Of a stretch of DNA of 64,000 bases, positions 47,409 through 64,000 are shown in pieces. The position numbers were made by a program, and so were the translations under genes. The stretch spans positions 21,080,001-21,144,000 of the forward strand of contig CM022671.1 of NCBI GenBank assembly GCA_012295275.1. Reading direction: 5' to 3'. Position 1 is the stretch's first letter, and each line of letters opens with the position of its first letter. Source of the DNA: Chrysomallon squamiferum. Lineage: Eukaryota > Animalia > Mollusca. The notes beneath the pieces were generated by a model. It saw only the letters and a list, made by a program, of their open reading frames with translations, had not been told where the DNA came from and did no database searches.

Positions 47409-48796
47409 GTAAGTCACTTTTAATAGTTTATGAAATATTAAATAACTAATTTTAATACCTGTTATGTGAAGAACTGATTTTAGAAATTAATGTAAAATTA
47501 TTTATTGACATTTTCTTTATTTCTTTCTCTCTCTATTCCCACTTTTATTTTGCTCTCTTTGTGTCTTTTCTTTTCTTTCTATATTTGTTCTCTTTTTATT
47601 TTTGTAAATGAATAATTGATTCATTCACTAGAAAATTTATTTTCTTCTTCCTGTTGTTTTGTCCACTAAAACAAAGAGCAAAAAAATATATATATATAAA
47701 ACAAAAAAAAAAAAAAACGTTTCGATTTCTTGGCAATGATATAAAGAGAGCGTACATATTCACAACTCACAAACAAATAAACTAACATTCACACTAAATA
47801 AAGTTGGAGGCGTTAACTGTTAAGAAGTTTTTAACTATTTCGAAATGTTAACTACTTTGGAAAAACTAAATTTCTTTACACACAAATCGGACTAAAAAAC
47901 AATAAATTATTATATATATATATATAACAGATTATAATAAATAATAATTTACACGCGTAAAACCAAAAAAAAAAAAAATCGTTGTTTTAATCACATCTTA
48001 CTGTAATGCTTAACAATAATAAACCTTAAAGGCTTCTAAATATTAAGCATTTGAACCTCAATTTACTGTTAATAATTATGGTGTTAAAAGAACACCGTAA
48101 GATGAAACGCTCCCCTCTCCCCCCCCCCAAACAAAAAGAATAAACAGGTTATCTAACAATAAACGAAGTAGGTAAAACAGCGGTAAAACCAGGCTGTATT
48201 TTATTGTGACAAATGATACTCGGTAGGAGAGACTTAACAAGGCTTCAGTCATCATCCGTGTCATACGCATCAATGAAATACAAAGATCTTTTGTGAACTA
48301 TATATAAAACACCTGTTGCAAATATACATAACATATCAAAATATACATACACACACATAACACATACATACACAAATACAGACATATAAATACATATATA
48401 CACATTCAAAGATTTTGGCAATGTCACTGTTATCGGCCATTCAGATAAAGAGTACATATCGGTTCATTTGCGGACCGAAACGGACGGATTTACCGTAAAA
48501 CACACGAAGCGTATGCTTCATTCCAACGAAAGGATCGCTACGTAACGAAACGTTGTCGTAGATTAACGAAATAGTAATTTCAGCTTTCAAAGTGATGTTA
48601 ATAATTTTCTACCCCTTTTTGAAACCATTTTTTTTTTATGCGGAACCAAAACGTATGCGTCTTGTATACAGACGAATTTTGTTTTCACAGATTTTTAAAA
48701 TTTTATTTTTTCTTTATGCTTAATTTCGTCTTTAAAATTATACCCACCAGTCCAACGGCATATTACAAATGATTAATTTGTACTTAAAAAACAAGC

Positions 48797-48849
<53 letters not shown>

Positions 48850-50009
48850 GTGATAATAAACCAAGAAAACAAAACTAAAACAAACAACAACAAATAAAAA
48901 ATTGAAAAAAAAAAAATGACAGTGAGATATATAGAGAGAAAACAACAACAATTTAACAAACAATACAAAACTAAACAAGAAGACATTACAACTTAGTTCA
49001 CAAAACGACGTTATCGAACGGACACTGAATTTCTTAGCTTGGTAGAAAACTACAAACGTAGAGAGTAAACCAAACAAGTCATATACCAGCCATAGAACCT
49101 CAAGTAGCAGCATATCTTAACAGTTTGAAATATGGCTTCAGTAAAGATAATTTCATTTCAGTCAAAACTAAAGTAATCGTCGAGAAATGTATTTGTTAAC
49201 CATTTCCATATATCAAAGCCTAATTTACTACAGAGTTGTAAACGTGTTGCTAAAAAAAAAAAAAAAACGAATTGAAAAGATTGGCGGTGCCAAAGATTTA
49301 AAGAATTTAAATAAAGACTTCATCAGAAAACGTTTTGATTCTGTTTTAACTGATTGGTGAGCGACAGTCAAAGTCTAAAATAGAAATCTCTGACTTAGGA
49401 CTTTGAAGTCGAGGTATAGCGGAAAGATTGTGTATCAACGCGATGCAATAATTTCATATTATTAGTAGCACACTGCACCAGAATAACAATTGTTTTTCAC
49501 GGTGAGAAAATTTGAATTTGTTATTTTGATAGAAATATATTACTTCAGTATGAAGTTTTTAGTTTTCGGGTAGAAAATTTAAATTTGTTATTTTGTCATA
49601 TACTACAGTATGAAAACTCTTGCAAAAGAAGGTTTATGCAATTCAGTCAATGTTTAAGCCAGTTTTTGATTATATGACGTTGCTGATGCTTTCATATGAC
49701 GGAGGTTTATTTCGTCTTTTCGTACAAAGAGATCATGCATGCTACGTTTGTACACTGTATGCTAATCTCAGCTGGTATTCAACGTACACTGAAACTCTGG
49801 AAACGTACACACTGTTTACTGTAGAGGGTGAATCTGTTTTATTTCTCTCCCACGACTATTTGCTGATTGATTCTGTTTTTCTGCGTAATGAAATATATTT
49901 ATTCACAGTTACATTACCCGCATTCAGATTCAAATTTACCTTCCCCACTATTAAGATAGATAGTTGTTATTTTTTTCTATTTATTTTATTTTATTTAAAT
50001 ATAACTTAA

Positions 50010-50100
50010 TAATTTCAAGACTATAAATAATTATTCTGTTCTGGGTTTATTAAATTTTATATTATTTTTAATTAAATATATAATATTATTTTTAAATAAT

Positions 50101-50131
<31 letters not shown>

Positions 50132-50470
50132 GGTTTTGCGATTTATTTAATTTTATACTCTTTTAATTAGATTTTACAAATGTGAAGTATATAAATAATT
50201 ATGCTTTTTCCAATTTGATAAATTTTGTTTTATTTTAATCAAATATAACATAGAAAAAATACCAAGTATATAAATGGTTACTGTGTTTTCGATTTGTTAA
50301 ATTTTATATTGTTCTAATTAAATACTGCTTACTAATGCCGACTATAAACACTGTTATTGTATTTTCAATTTATTAAATTTTATTTTACTTTAATTAAATG
50401 TGACTTACAAATACCAAATATACATATAATTATCATATTTTCGATTCATTAAATTTTAGTTTAATTGAAA
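50010..50470. repeat. Degenerate AT-rich tandem repeat, about 70-bp unit
   Basis: TATAAATAATTA...CGATTT.TTAAATTTTAT...TAATTAAAT units recur about 6 times. Confidence 0.6.
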
Positions 50471-50992
50471 ATAACTGAATTGTGGCAAGTATTTTGTTTA
50501 CCACCCAGAGAACAATACTTTACATGATCAAATCTGTGTGATCTTTGACATTCGTTTAATACAAAGGCTATTTAACATACGTCACATGTGTGTGTTTATA
50601 TATGTGTGTGTGTGAATGTGTGTGTGTGAATTGAAGCGGGTATCAGATATATTAGAGAATATGAAAAACAATCTAAAATAATTGTTGTACATGTTTTTAC
50701 TGTAATTTTTATTGAATACTTGTTATTATTGTATTCTGTATATTATATTATTGTTTTATGTGTATGTGTGTGTATGTATACACATACATATTTATTTATT
50801 GAATTTTGTTTTCATATATTCTTCTTCTTCTTCTTCCTCTTCTTCTTCTTCTTATTATTATTATTGAGTTGTTCTTGTTGTTGTTGTTGTTGTCGTTATT
50901 GCTGTCATCAATAGTTGTTGTTGCTGTTATTGTTGTTACATGTGTTGTTACTTTTTTCAGGAACTGAGAACGGATTATAAGTTAAAAGCATT

Positions 50993-63462
<12,470 letters not shown>

Positions 63463-64000
63463 GTATGTTGTTTCTGAATTTATATTTACATTGATGCTGT
63501 AGTAGTAGTTGAAGTAACAGCTGCAGCAATGTCAGTAGTAGCAGTAGCATTAACAGCAGATGCAGTAACAACTTTGGCAACAGTTGCAATAGTTGAAGTA
63601 GTAGTTGAATTAGTAGTTGAAATACTAGTTGTAGTAGTTGTAGTAGTACAAAAAAGTAATAGCAGTACTAGTGGTTACAATAAAAAAATTGCATTATGAT
63701 GTTCAGGCTTGAAACATGATTGATCAGAAATCTCATTTTAAATGATGTTGACCAAATAGATTCTTTCTCACAAGAATATGAGAGACCCATAACCAAATCA
63801 TGTGTGTTAGCAACAAAAAATCATTACATAAACCTTGCCATAAACTGTAAAGCATTTAAAATGGCCTTCTGTTTAGAGAACTGGAACAGACCATGTTCCT
63901 CTGTGTACACAAACCAAGACTGAAAACCATTCAGAAATATGATTTAATGATGACTAAGGCTTGTCAGTTAAACGTCCTTCATACAAAAAACTTAAATTAT

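Noticed and set aside
49620-50009. 129-aa ORF upstream of cadherin B
   Set aside because: Non-ATG start, no recognisable domain, and probably intronic.

Overview
AT-rich, microsatellite-dense eukaryotic (metazoan, probably invertebrate, possibly molluscan) genomic DNA with GT-AG spliced genes. Five protein-coding genes can be rebuilt by hand: (1) an intronless CLN8 orthologue (-); (2,3) a head-to-head pair of paralogous small Cys-rich single-pass proteins of the Shisa-like/CYYR1/VOPP1 type with identical 4-exon structure, one carrying two PPxY motifs; (4) an essentially complete non-classical cadherin 'A' (-; about 1,920 aa, 15 EC repeats, membrane-adjacent domain with an RRRLL site, TM, and a tail ending in a WW-like domain); (5) a divergently transcribed paralogous cadherin 'B' (+; at least 12 EC repeats, runs off the window) with an 8-repeat internal duplication and a +1 frameshift in one exon. 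Between the cadherins is an old tandem duplication (offset about 4.3 kb) with a highly conserved, promoter/exon-like core. The most interesting candidate system is a WW-tailed cadherin next to PPxY-bearing Shisa-like membrane proteins, arranged as two adjacent head-to-head paralog pairs. All gene models come from manual translation and splice-phase matching, not from database searches or transcripts.
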